Source of the DNA: Myxococcota bacterium
GTDB taxonomy: Bacteria; Myxococcota_A; SURF-8
Length of the DNA: 64,000 nt
Assembly: GCA_965140415.1 (NCBI GenBank)
Contig: OZ223209.1
Span: forward strand, 1,952,001-2,016,000
Direction: 5' to 3'
Below are positions 10,679-19,718 of this stretch, piece after piece (the stretch's first letter is position 1; each line of letters starts with the position of its first letter). The notes under the pieces were generated by a model. It was not told the DNA's origin, ran no database searches, and saw only the letters and a program-made list of their open reading frames with translations. A program made the position numbers and the translations under genes.

Positions 10679-11729
10679 GAGCGTTTTCGCGATGCAAAAA
10701 AACGAATTGAAACCCGCACCGGAAAAACTGGTATCTTCCAATGGACTAGCTCCCTTTGGAACTTACGCCGGTCCTCTGCCGGTGATCAATGCGCAGGATT
10801 TCGATTACAGCAAGTTAAAGGCGCTTCCTTTCCCGCTAGGCATCGGGGGAAAGAGCACGCGTTTCAAGCGCTGGCAGTTTTATGGTGTGATCGACGAAAA
10901 CCTGGTGTTGGGTGCGGCCATCGCACACGTACAGTACCTGGCGACCGGCTTTGCATACGTCTACGATCGCAATAGCAGAGAGATCGTGGAATGCAATATC
11001 AAAAAACCCCTTGCCAAGGGTACGATCTTTTCTCAATCGGCCAATGATGGTATCAGCGAAATCGTAAAAGGAAAAACGAGCATTCGCAGTGACAACAGCG
11101 ATGCATACGACGACCGCCATTTGTGGGTCGATTTCGGTCCGACCTTATCGGCGGATGTCGTTTTCTCCGAACCAGGCACCGGCGTTTCGGCGCTTTGCCC
11201 GCAGGATACAAACGGATTTCACTATACCTACAAATCCGCCGGGCAGTTGGCTAAGGGTGTCGTTAACGTAAACGACAAAGAATATCGCTTGTCCGAAAAT
11301 GCGCTGGCTTTGTTCGATTGGACGGCGTCCACCGCACCGCGCGCGACAACCTGGAACTGGGCCTGCGCCGTTGGCCACGATGCGCAAGGACGTCCAATCG
11401 GCATCAATTGTTCCAAGGGTTTGGTTGGCGGTCCATATAGCCAGAATACGATCTGGCTGGACGGCGAGCCTTGCGTCCTTAGCGGCGTCTCCTTCGATTA
11501 CAATTCAGAAAAGATTTTAACAGAGCCTTGGCGCGTGCACACCGACGACGGTAATCTGGATTTAGCTTTCGAGCCGGGTACCGAGCGCTACGAAAAAATA
11601 AATATTGGTTTGGTCGCAAGTAGCCTGCATCAACCTTTTGGAACATTCAAAGGCACTCTGGTGCATCACGGAAACGCCTTCGAGGCCGAATTATTCGGTT
11701 TCTGCGAAGAACATTACGCCAAGTGGTAA
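10671..11729 (+). CDS. DUF2804-like protein
   Basis: FKRWQF, WNWA, QPFGTFKG and terminal EEHYAKW motifs recalled for this family. Confidence 0.7.
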   Translation: MHRSVFAMQKNELKPAPEKLVSSNGLAPFGTYAGPLPVINAQDFDYSKLKALPFPLGIGGKSTRFKRWQFYGVIDENLVLGAAIAHVQYLATGFAYVYDRNSREIVECNIKKPLAKGTIFSQSANDGISEIVKGKTSIRSDNSDAYDDRHLWVDFGPTLSADVVFSEPGTGVSALCPQDTNGFHYTYKSAGQLAKGVVNVNDKEYRLSENALALFDWTASTAPRATTWNWACAVGHDAQGRPIGINCSKGLVGGPYSQNTIWLDGEPCVLSGVSFDYNSEKILTEPWRVHTDDGNLDLAFEPGTERYEKINIGLVASSLHQPFGTFKGTLVHHGNAFEAELFGFCEEHYAKW

Positions 11730-11730
11730 C

Positions 11731-13029
11731 ATGAATATCGAACTGAATTATGGAAAATCCGGCTACACGTTGTGTTTACCGGAGGATTTGGATGTTACGG
11801 TGATTCGAAAGCGTCCGATGCGGTCGTTAACCGACCCGGAGCTAACGCTTTCTAAGGTCTTGAATGCACCTCTTGCTGCCGCAGAGTTAGACAAGGTTAT
11901 CACTAAAGACACCAACGTCTGCATCGTAATCTGCGATGATACCCGTCCTGTGCCTAACGGCCTGATTCTTCCAATTCTGCTGAAGAAAATCGTTGCGGCA
12001 GGTGGGCGCTTGGAAAATATTAGCATTCTTGTCGCTACCGGTCTGCATGAACCGCTAAAAGAGGAAGCATTAAGGCGAACTGTCGGGAACGATGAGGTCT
12101 TCAGGCAGGTTCGGGTAGTCAATCACGATGCCAAAGATAAACACACGCACGAAATGCTCGGAAGCACCAGCAGCGGGATACCTACCTGTCTGGATAAGCG
12201 TTTTACCGGCGCGGATGTGCGTGTGATCGTTGGTTTGGTGGAGCCGCATTTTATGGCGGGTTACTCGGGCGGGCGCAAATTGATCGCTCCCGGTATCGCC
12301 TCGGCGGAAACGATTTCTTACCTTCACGCCTACAGCATTCTCAGCCAGCCGAAAGCGACGAATTGCATTCTGGATGGAAATCCGCTGCACGCCGCACAAT
12401 TGGAAATCGCCGCTAAATTTGAAAATTGCTACGCGGTGAATGTGGTTTTGGACGAGCAGCGAAACGTCTGTTTTCTGAATTTCGGGGATCTCGTACAAAG
12501 CCATGCCGAGGCGGTGAAATATTTCAGGGAATACGGAGAAATCGAGTTGGAGCGGCAATATCGTACCGTAATTACTACGGCTGCCGGGCAACCGCTCGAT
12601 AATACCTATTATCAAACGATTAAAGGCATGGTCGGCGCGAAGCAGGCGTTAATGAAAAACGGGCGCATGTTCGTTGCCTCTCGTTGTGAAAAGGGTTTTG
12701 GCTCAATGATGTTTCGTGATGCGCAACGGCGTCTCGTGAAGCTTGGAGCTGCCGCATTTTTAAGCGAGCTACAGAAGAAAATCAAGGCGGATATCGACGA
12801 ATGGCAAACGCAGTTGCTTGCCGATGTGATGCTGCGCGGGTCGTTCGGATTGTATAGCGAAGGCTTGAGCGAAGAGGATCGAAAGCTGACCGGAGGGGAG
12901 GATCTACCTAATCTGGAATCGGCTATTTTAAGCTGGGTTAAAGAATGCGGCGATAAGCGAGTGGCCGTGATTCCGGAAGGCCCCTACGTGATTCCGCTCT
13001 ATCACTCACATGAATCGAATTCGAAATAA
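11731..13029 (+). CDS. larA: Nickel-pincer-dependent lactate racemase family (LarA homolog)
   Basis: DDTRP, ATGLH, NHD, EPHFMAGYSGGRK and YQTIKG motifs. ATG 11731 follows the upstream stop closely. Confidence 0.85.
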   Translation: MNIELNYGKSGYTLCLPEDLDVTVIRKRPMRSLTDPELTLSKVLNAPLAAAELDKVITKDTNVCIVICDDTRPVPNGLILPILLKKIVAAGGRLENISILVATGLHEPLKEEALRRTVGNDEVFRQVRVVNHDAKDKHTHEMLGSTSSGIPTCLDKRFTGADVRVIVGLVEPHFMAGYSGGRKLIAPGIASAETISYLHAYSILSQPKATNCILDGNPLHAAQLEIAAKFENCYAVNVVLDEQRNVCFLNFGDLVQSHAEAVKYFREYGEIELERQYRTVITTAAGQPLDNTYYQTIKGMVGAKQALMKNGRMFVASRCEKGFGSMMFRDAQRRLVKLGAAAFLSELQKKIKADIDEWQTQLLADVMLRGSFGLYSEGLSEEDRKLTGGEDLPNLESAILSWVKECGDKRVAVIPEGPYVIPLYHSHESNSK

Positions 13030-14363
13030 TGACCGATTATCGCACGATACTGCAAGGCATCTTTTCTCATGCGCTGGATGCCGTCAAAACGGATCGAGCC
13101 GTACAGCGGCATTTGTTGCGTGATGGCGAAACGCTGAGAATCGGTGCGGACGAGTACGATCTGCGCAAATATAAAAGCGTGCAGGTTGTGGGCGGTGGTA
13201 AAGGTGCAGCCCCGATGGCGGCGGCGCTGGAAGAATTGCTGGGCGATAAAATCACCGGCGGCGATGTCGTTGTCAAAGACGCCCACACGCTGCCATTGAA
13301 AACGATTACTCTTTGGGAAGCGGCGCATCCGGTACCGGATCAACGAGGAGTTGATGCGGCGCAAGTCATTTTGCGTCGATTGCACCAATGCTCGAAAGAC
13401 GATCTGGTAATCAATTGTATTACCGGTGGAAGCAGTGCGCTATTGATTTCTCCAGCCGGAAAACTGACTCTGGTGCACAAGCAGCGGCTTTCCGAAGTGT
13501 TGTTGCAGTGCGGGGCGACGATCCACGAAATCAACACGATTCGCAAGCATGTATCGGCAATAAAGGGTGGATGGCTGGCGCAAGCCGCAAATCCCGCTAA
13601 GGTGCTGTCGTTGATCGTTTCAGACGTCATCGGCGACGATCTTTCCGTCATCGGTTCCGGGCCTGGCGTTCCCGATCCATCCCGATTCGAAGATTGCCTG
13701 CGAATGATCGATTCCTATGGAATTTCCGAAGAGTTGCCTGTTGAGATCATGGATCATCTAAAACGGGGCAGGGCAGGCGAGATTGCGGAAACGCCTAAAG
13801 GCAAAGACGGACGGTTTGTGAATGCGAGCAATCATTTGATCGCAACCAACGAATTGGCCCTGGCGGCGATGCACAAAGCTGCACAAGAAGCGGGCGCGGA
13901 AGTCGAAATCATCAGTTCCAGGATGGAGGGCGAGGCGCGGGAAGTTGCTGTTAAACTTGCCGAGATCGCAAAAAACAGAGCGACGAGTCGCGCAAGAGCG
14001 AAACGCCCCTTGTGGCTTTTGGCTGGAGGAGAAACCACAGTCACGCTTAACGGTAACGGCAAAGGCGGTCGCAATCAGGAAATGGCGCTGGCTATGGCTA
14101 TCGAACTGGAAGGAACGCGAGGTATTCACGCTCTGTGCGCGGGCACGGACGGCAGCGACGGTCCCACCGATGCTGCCGGAGCGTTTGCACATGGCGACAC
14201 GCTTTCTATTGCAGATCGAAAAGGTCTATCCGCCCGTGAGTATCTTGCCAATAACGATTCCTATTCGTTTTTCGAGCAAATCGATGACCTGTTCATCACC
14301 GGTCCCACGCTGACCAACGTGATGGATCTGATTATTGTGTCGATCCAACCTGAAAGCACATAA
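13029..14363 (+). CDS. Glycerate 2-kinase, MOFRL family
   Basis: GGGKGA, AAHPVPD, TGGSSAL, GGETTV, GGRNQE, GTDGSDGPT, TGPTLTNVMD. Overlaps the larA stop (TAATG). Confidence 0.92.
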   Translation: MTDYRTILQGIFSHALDAVKTDRAVQRHLLRDGETLRIGADEYDLRKYKSVQVVGGGKGAAPMAAALEELLGDKITGGDVVVKDAHTLPLKTITLWEAAHPVPDQRGVDAAQVILRRLHQCSKDDLVINCITGGSSALLISPAGKLTLVHKQRLSEVLLQCGATIHEINTIRKHVSAIKGGWLAQAANPAKVLSLIVSDVIGDDLSVIGSGPGVPDPSRFEDCLRMIDSYGISEELPVEIMDHLKRGRAGEIAETPKGKDGRFVNASNHLIATNELALAAMHKAAQEAGAEVEIISSRMEGEAREVAVKLAEIAKNRATSRARAKRPLWLLAGGETTVTLNGNGKGGRNQEMALAMAIELEGTRGIHALCAGTDGSDGPTDAAGAFAHGDTLSIADRKGLSAREYLANNDSYSFFEQIDDLFITGPTLTNVMDLIIVSIQPEST

Positions 14364-14422
14364 CGGCTATCGTTGCATCATTCCGTTATACGTTATCGTT
14401 TCCCTCCGGTTCGCCTGAAAGC

Positions 14423-17400
14423 CTACTTCGTACCCGGTAAGGTATAGTGATGGAATCGTCCGCCGTTGACAGCCGGATCATTGTCGTATCCCATCTTTTC
14501 GAAGTCCGAACGCTTCCGTTTCGCCTTGCTCGCAGGGTAGTGTGGACCGATCAGGCTGTCGCTGTCGAAACCGGGCTGTTCGCCATGGCAGCGAGCACAG
14601 GTTACTGCCGGTTTCGAGTGACAGTCTGCACAGCCAAGCGCCTGACTGGCTGGAACCACTTCATGGTTGATCGCCCAGAACATATCCGCTTTGCCGAAGC
14701 CGACTTCGCCCGAGAATGGTTCACCGTATAGTTCCATACCGGCGGTCAGGCTCTTTTTCCAGTCGAAGTCTTTCCAGAAACCCATCCACAAATTCGGGAC
14801 GGCGAAAACCTTACGCTTGGCATCCATGGGAATGACCGCCGAATAGCATTTGAAGGGATACAACTTCGCGTTTGGATCGTCGATCAAACCGACCGGTGCA
14901 TTCAGCAGGGTCGGTTTGTTCGGATCTTCAACTTTATCTCCCAGCAAATAGCGAGTGTGAGTTCCATCGTACCAACTCACGCAGGGATCGACGAACATCC
15001 CCCATTTGAAAGTACCTTTCTTGTTGTTGTAGTTCGGCATGCCGTATTCATCTTTTTCCACCGGCAGATTCTTACCCGCCGACGACCAGTCCCAGAACAT
15101 TTTCGTCGGTGTTTTCTTGGCGAACTGCGGAATGTGGCAGGTCTGACAGGCAACGCTACGCCCATGTTTATCAAGGTGATAGCCGATTTCAAGGTTCATG
15201 CTGTGTGGAGTGTCGCCGTGGCACTGTTCGCAGTTCACCCGACCTTCGCTTGTCGGTATCGCCAGGCACTGTCCGGCAATACGATGCTCCTTGGTTCGGT
15301 GGCAATCCTGACAATCCATTCCGGCGCGCCCCATATGAACATCGAAGTCATCCGGCGGATCGATCAGCGTCGGCTCTAGATCGCCATGTTTGACGTTTGC
15401 ACCGCCTCCACCATTGAAATGGCAACGTCCACAGGTCTGACGGGATGTTTTGCCTACGTGCTGCGCAACTTGAACCGTATTGACTTCCGCTTTCGGCATG
15501 CCGCCATTGGGAGCGTCTTTGCCATAGGTGCCGGTAGTGTCGTGGCAGACCAGGCAATCGATGTTTGCCGGGTTATTGAAATCGAAGCTGTCATCCTTCC
15601 AACCATAGCCGATGTGACACTGAGAACAACGCGCTTCGTTCGAGCGCACATGGATGCAGTAATTGTTGATCACGTTTTTCTTGCCCAGGTCCGTTCGATG
15701 TTCGTAGCCTTTGGTATTGGGAGAGGCTCCCTGCCAGTTCCAGTGTGCGGAAGAGAGAATCTCTTGTCCCACATTCTCGTGACATTCCAAACATCGCGCG
15801 GTGATCTCCTGCGGTTCGGGCTTACCGGAAAACTGGACGAATTCCTCATGATTGGGTGTGCGCTTGGCATGACACCCGGTGCAGTCGGTCGGCGCATTCT
15901 CCGATGCCGATTCCATATGACAGTTCACGCACTGCTCGTGATACGCCCCCTTCAAGCCCGGACGCATCGGTGCATCTGTTTCGTTTGGATATTGATGACA
16001 GGCCGCACAGGAAGCGGGTTTGCGGTTGTCCATATCGGAGAATGCAAGCTCCTCCCCAATACGGTCATTGTCGTCTTTTTGAACACGATGATGACAGACG
16101 CTACAGTTTCCATCCAGGCGAGATGCATGCGCTTTATGCATGAAACGCACGGGGTCGTAATCGTTGATTTTCTCGTTTGTCTGGTGACGATCGATCAATA
16201 GAGTCGCCGGCATCGTTTCTGCCGAGAAGGAAAGTATTTCTGCAATGGCGATTGGATCCTGGTGCGTTTCCTCTTTCTGGGCTGCCTTGGTAAAGACGGT
16301 CCTGTTCGGTCCGGCAACAGACGACTTGATTCCGCTCTGATGTACTACGGCATAAAGAGCCACGAAAGATAGCATCACAAGCACAGCCAGTCCGCGTGCA
16401 AACCATGCGAGTTTCGGAGCTTTGCGCTGCCGCACTTCGCATTCCTTTTCGCGTAGGTTGAAATCTTTCTGATCGAGAACGGGAAAATAATAGGCGAAAA
16501 AGCGGTACAGGAAAACGATGGTTGCGATCAGACCCAACGTAACCGAAATCTCTCCGATTGCCGGGAAGTAGCCACCCTCACCGAATGGAGGATGAAAGCC
16601 GACGATAAACACGTTGATGCGGTTGAGCAACACACCCATAATGATCGACGTTACCGCGAGGAATAACCAGCCTGTTGAACGTCGCACGGATTTTTGTAGC
16701 AGCATGACGAAGGGAATTACGATGCCGATTCCAAGTTCCACGAACAATGCCGCCGTATCCGTTGGCCGGGCATAGAAATCGAGCTGGTCCCAGCGCAGGA
16801 ACAGATCGCCGAATTTGACCAATGCATACAGACCGAGAAACCATGGAATCAGGCGCGACAATGGTGTGAGAACGTCCATTTCTACTTTGCGGTTAAACGA
16901 TCTGGCGGCAAGAATGGATTCGAAAATCACCATCGGGAACCCGACCATGATGGCAGAGAGCAAAAACAGGATAGGCAGAATCGGCGTCCACCAAAGAGCA
17001 CTCAGTTTCGTCGGCGCAATCAGCATAAGCGATCCGAGCGAGGACTGGTGCATGAAGGACAACACGACCCCGGCGATAATGAAGATCGGCAATACGCGGC
17101 AAATCATCAGGTGCAGGCTGTTCAGAGGTTTTTGCATCCTCGAAGCGAATCGACCGAGAAGGCTGGTTTCGCCGACCCTGTGAAGAATTCCCTCAAGAAT
17201 CGCAGGCGAGAACTCCATGGTCAGCACCGTCAGATAAAACATCACGCACATACCGACTTCGAACAGTACCGAATTTCCCTGCCAGTAAATCGCTGGATGC
17301 CAGATGTTGTAATAGCGACCCAGGTCGAACATCAACCCGGCGCCGACAAAGCTATATCCAAGCCAGGCTGTTAGAAGCGCGGGGCGTTCCAGTACGTGAT

Positions 17401-17647
17401 ACTTTTTACGACCGAAAATATTCACCAGTGCAGCGGTGGTGAATCCCCCGGCTGCCAATGCGACCCCTGAAGCGACATCAACCCCGATCCAGATTCCCCA
17501 GGGGTACTGATCGGTCAAATTGGTGACGGGACCAAGGCCGGTTATGAATCGAGCCAATCCAAACAGATAACCCAGAGCCATAACGGCGAGCAGGACATAA
17601 GCACCCGGCGTCCAGAATCGAATCGGTTTTTTATTTTCCATTGTCAT
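14423..17647 (-). CDS. NrfD/HybB(HmcC)-type membrane subunit fused to a cytochrome c3-like tetraheme domain and an octaheme tetrathionate-reductase-like domain
   Basis: N-terminal PWGIWIGVDV...DLGR...SVLFEV...HQSSLG NrfD motifs, an extra TM helix, then 13 CxxCH motifs and OTR-like HWNW/INNYC segments. Confidence 0.85.
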   Translation of the reverse strand: MTMENKKPIRFWTPGAYVLLAVMALGYLFGLARFITGLGPVTNLTDQYPWGIWIGVDVASGVALAAGGFTTAALVNIFGRKKYHVLERPALLTAWLGYSFVGAGLMFDLGRYYNIWHPAIYWQGNSVLFEVGMCVMFYLTVLTMEFSPAILEGILHRVGETSLLGRFASRMQKPLNSLHLMICRVLPIFIIAGVVLSFMHQSSLGSLMLIAPTKLSALWWTPILPILFLLSAIMVGFPMVIFESILAARSFNRKVEMDVLTPLSRLIPWFLGLYALVKFGDLFLRWDQLDFYARPTDTAALFVELGIGIVIPFVMLLQKSVRRSTGWLFLAVTSIIMGVLLNRINVFIVGFHPPFGEGGYFPAIGEISVTLGLIATIVFLYRFFAYYFPVLDQKDFNLREKECEVRQRKAPKLAWFARGLAVLVMLSFVALYAVVHQSGIKSSVAGPNRTVFTKAAQKEETHQDPIAIAEILSFSAETMPATLLIDRHQTNEKINDYDPVRFMHKAHASRLDGNCSVCHHRVQKDDNDRIGEELAFSDMDNRKPASCAACHQYPNETDAPMRPGLKGAYHEQCVNCHMESASENAPTDCTGCHAKRTPNHEEFVQFSGKPEPQEITARCLECHENVGQEILSSAHWNWQGASPNTKGYEHRTDLGKKNVINNYCIHVRSNEARCSQCHIGYGWKDDSFDFNNPANIDCLVCHDTTGTYGKDAPNGGMPKAEVNTVQVAQHVGKTSRQTCGRCHFNGGGGANVKHGDLEPTLIDPPDDFDVHMGRAGMDCQDCHRTKEHRIAGQCLAIPTSEGRVNCEQCHGDTPHSMNLEIGYHLDKHGRSVACQTCHIPQFAKKTPTKMFWDWSSAGKNLPVEKDEYGMPNYNNKKGTFKWGMFVDPCVSWYDGTHTRYLLGDKVEDPNKPTLLNAPVGLIDDPNAKLYPFKCYSAVIPMDAKRKVFAVPNLWMGFWKDFDWKKSLTAGMELYGEPFSGEVGFGKADMFWAINHEVVPASQALGCADCHSKPAVTCARCHGEQPGFDSDSLIGPHYPASKAKRKRSDFEKMGYDNDPAVNGGRFHHYTLPGTK

Positions 17648-17683
17648 TTGCTCTTCGCTTGTGCGTGAAAAAATGGTTTTCGT

Positions 17684-18601
17684 TTACTTGTCGTCCGGAT
17701 CGGAACCTGCGTTACGCTTCTTCCGGTTGCTCAGCCACATCACTCCCGCCAGGCTCCCGTAAAAAGCCAGCGGAATGGCGCCATAGTTGAAGATGCCGTG
17801 CTGGATGGATTCAGACAGCCTCGGTGGGGCGGTTTCTGGCAGCTTGGGAAGATCCAATTCTTGTGGATTGCGACCCGTAAGGTACAACCAACTCGTACCG
17901 CCGACTTCTTTTTCTCCGTAGATATGATCGACATACCGATCGGGTTGCGTTTTTATTCTGCTACGCCCCAGTTCAAGCAACTCTGAACGTTTGCCGAATA
18001 CAATGGCTTCCATCGGACAGGCTGCCGCGCAGGCAGGGGAAGCACCTGTTTTCTTTTGTTCGTCCACGCAAAACGTGCACTTCATCACTTTGGGTGTAAT
18101 GGGGTCGCTGTATTGATAAGCGGGAATTTCAAAGGGGCAGGCCACCATGCAGTATCTACAGCCGATGCATTTATCGGCATCATAGGAAACGGGACCGCTT
18201 TCGGACTTGGTCAACGCTCCCACGATACAGGCGGATACGCAGGCCGGATCGAGGCAGTGCATGCATTGAACCTTGATGTTCGTCTGCTCCCGATCTTTCT
18301 GCACCGGAGATGGATTGCCGGGATAGCTGTTGATCACCGTAAACCGGGTGGCATCCGGGCGGCGACGCTCGCGCAGAACCCACAGATCGTCGAACGGTTT
18401 TTCCGGCAGCGGCAGACTATTGGACCGGTTACAGGCTTCTTCACATTTCCGGCAACCGATGCATTTCGTGGTGTCCACCAGACACCCAACTTGATCGTCA
18501 TTTTGCGGCAAGGCTTCTTTCGCCCTAGCCTGCTTTTGAGGCACACATGACGCTGCGGTAATGGCGGCCACTTTCAAAAAGGTTCTTCTGTTCACGCCCA
18601 T
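17684..18601 (-). CDS. Tat-exported 4Fe-4S protein, HybA/HmcB/NrfC family, with C-terminal membrane anchor
   Basis: NRRTFLK. CIGCRKCEEAC, CMHCLDPACVSAC, CIGCRYCMVACP, CTFC...PACAAACP. YGEKEVGGT. Confidence 0.9.
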   Translation of the reverse strand: MGVNRRTFLKVAAITAASCVPQKQARAKEALPQNDDQVGCLVDTTKCIGCRKCEEACNRSNSLPLPEKPFDDLWVLRERRRPDATRFTVINSYPGNPSPVQKDREQTNIKVQCMHCLDPACVSACIVGALTKSESGPVSYDADKCIGCRYCMVACPFEIPAYQYSDPITPKVMKCTFCVDEQKKTGASPACAAACPMEAIVFGKRSELLELGRSRIKTQPDRYVDHIYGEKEVGGTSWLYLTGRNPQELDLPKLPETAPPRLSESIQHGIFNYGAIPLAFYGSLAGVMWLSNRKKRNAGSDPDDK

Positions 18602-18639
18602 GACAATTTCTCCGTGTGTTTCCCGCTTTGTGTTGCTAA

Positions 18640-18993
18640 TCAGTCGGACAGAACCTGACTCTTGCTTACAAGCTGTTCTAATAATCCTTCTCGAATTTTC
18701 AGGCAGCCATGGATGAATTTGTCGTTTGCAATTCGGTAATAAATGGCCTTTCCCTCGCGACGGTATGTCACTGCGCCACGGTCGTACATCATCCGAAGGT
18801 GCTGAGAGGCATTCGACAACGTCAACCCCAGTTCCTCTGCAAGTTCGCTAACCGAGCGTTCTCCGTTTTGAAGAACCCACATGATGCGGAGTCGTTTCGG
18901 TTCACTGAAAACCTTACAGAATTCGGCATGCAAATCGAAGATATCTCGAGCAATTGGCTTTTGCTGTGTTTTACGACCACTCATGCTAATCAT
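18640..18993 (-). CDS. ArsR/SmtB-family transcriptional repressor
   Basis: PKRLRIM...SVSELAEELGLTLSNASQHL winged HTH. Confidence 0.9.
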   Translation of the reverse strand: MISMSGRKTQQKPIARDIFDLHAEFCKVFSEPKRLRIMWVLQNGERSVSELAEELGLTLSNASQHLRMMYDRGAVTYRREGKAIYYRIANDKFIHGCLKIREGLLEQLVSKSQVLSD

Positions 18994-19030
18994 CCTTTCC
19001 CTGGGGAATAGTCAGCAATAACAATCAAAC

Positions 19031-19057
19031 AATCGCACAATCATGCGAATGTGTCAA
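19031..19057 (-). promoter_or_regulatory. Putative ArsR operator overlapping the promoter of the heme/Fe-S operon
   Basis: Imperfect palindrome AATCGCACAATCATGCGAAT (19031-19050) just downstream of a minus-strand TTGACA (19052-19057). Confidence 0.55.
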
Positions 19058-19165
19058 TGAGAATTTTAGGTTCCTGCAAGGGATTATAAAACATGTAGAA
19101 TATTCATGAGATACGTCGAGGAGTTCTGGAGCCGATCCGGATCAAAAAGAATCTTTTGCTGCCGG

Positions 19166-19229
19166 GTAGGTCGATTGATCTCACCCGACGTTGCATTGAA
19201 TTGTCGGGTCAGATGTCCCGACCTGCTAC
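19166..19229. repeat. REP/REPIN-like inverted doublet (GTAG family)
   Basis: GTAGGTCG...CCCGAC followed by GTCGGG...CCCGACCTGCTAC. Shares GAATTGTCGGGT and CCCGACCTG with the copy at 51398. Confidence 0.55.
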
Positions 19230-19718
19230 TACCGGCCACAACAAACCACAACTATCTACAACCGCCCACAAGCAACCGGTGACACACAGTAAAAAACCGG
19301 AATTTTCCAGGCAAATGCGCAAACGGGACTGTCGGCCAGTCTTGAGCCGTGTTTTTACGGGCGATACTACAATCCAAGTGGTCGTCTACGGTCAGGTAGT
19401 GTTGTTTTGGTGCGCTTTGTGCCACTTAGTGTAACAGTTTCTGGATTTGTCACCTTGTGGCACCCCGGTTTTACACGACGTGGCGGCACTTTTCAAAATT
19501 GCCAGTCGGACAGACGACAAAGAAAGTCCGAAAGAAAATGTAAGATGATTTCCAGCATTTACGGCCTAGGGTCTGATCATTGCTCGGATTTGTAAGAAAA
19601 AATTATTTTTCTTGAATATTTGTGCGAATGAATGATCAAATGGGATGCGAACAGAGCTGGTGGCTCTGACATACAAGGTATAAAGTCCAATTTTACGATA
19701 AGGGAGGGAAGGTTCAAA

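Noticed and set aside
19400-19510. TGGCAC-containing sequences as sigma54 promoters
   Set aside because: No GC at the correct -12 spacing on either strand.
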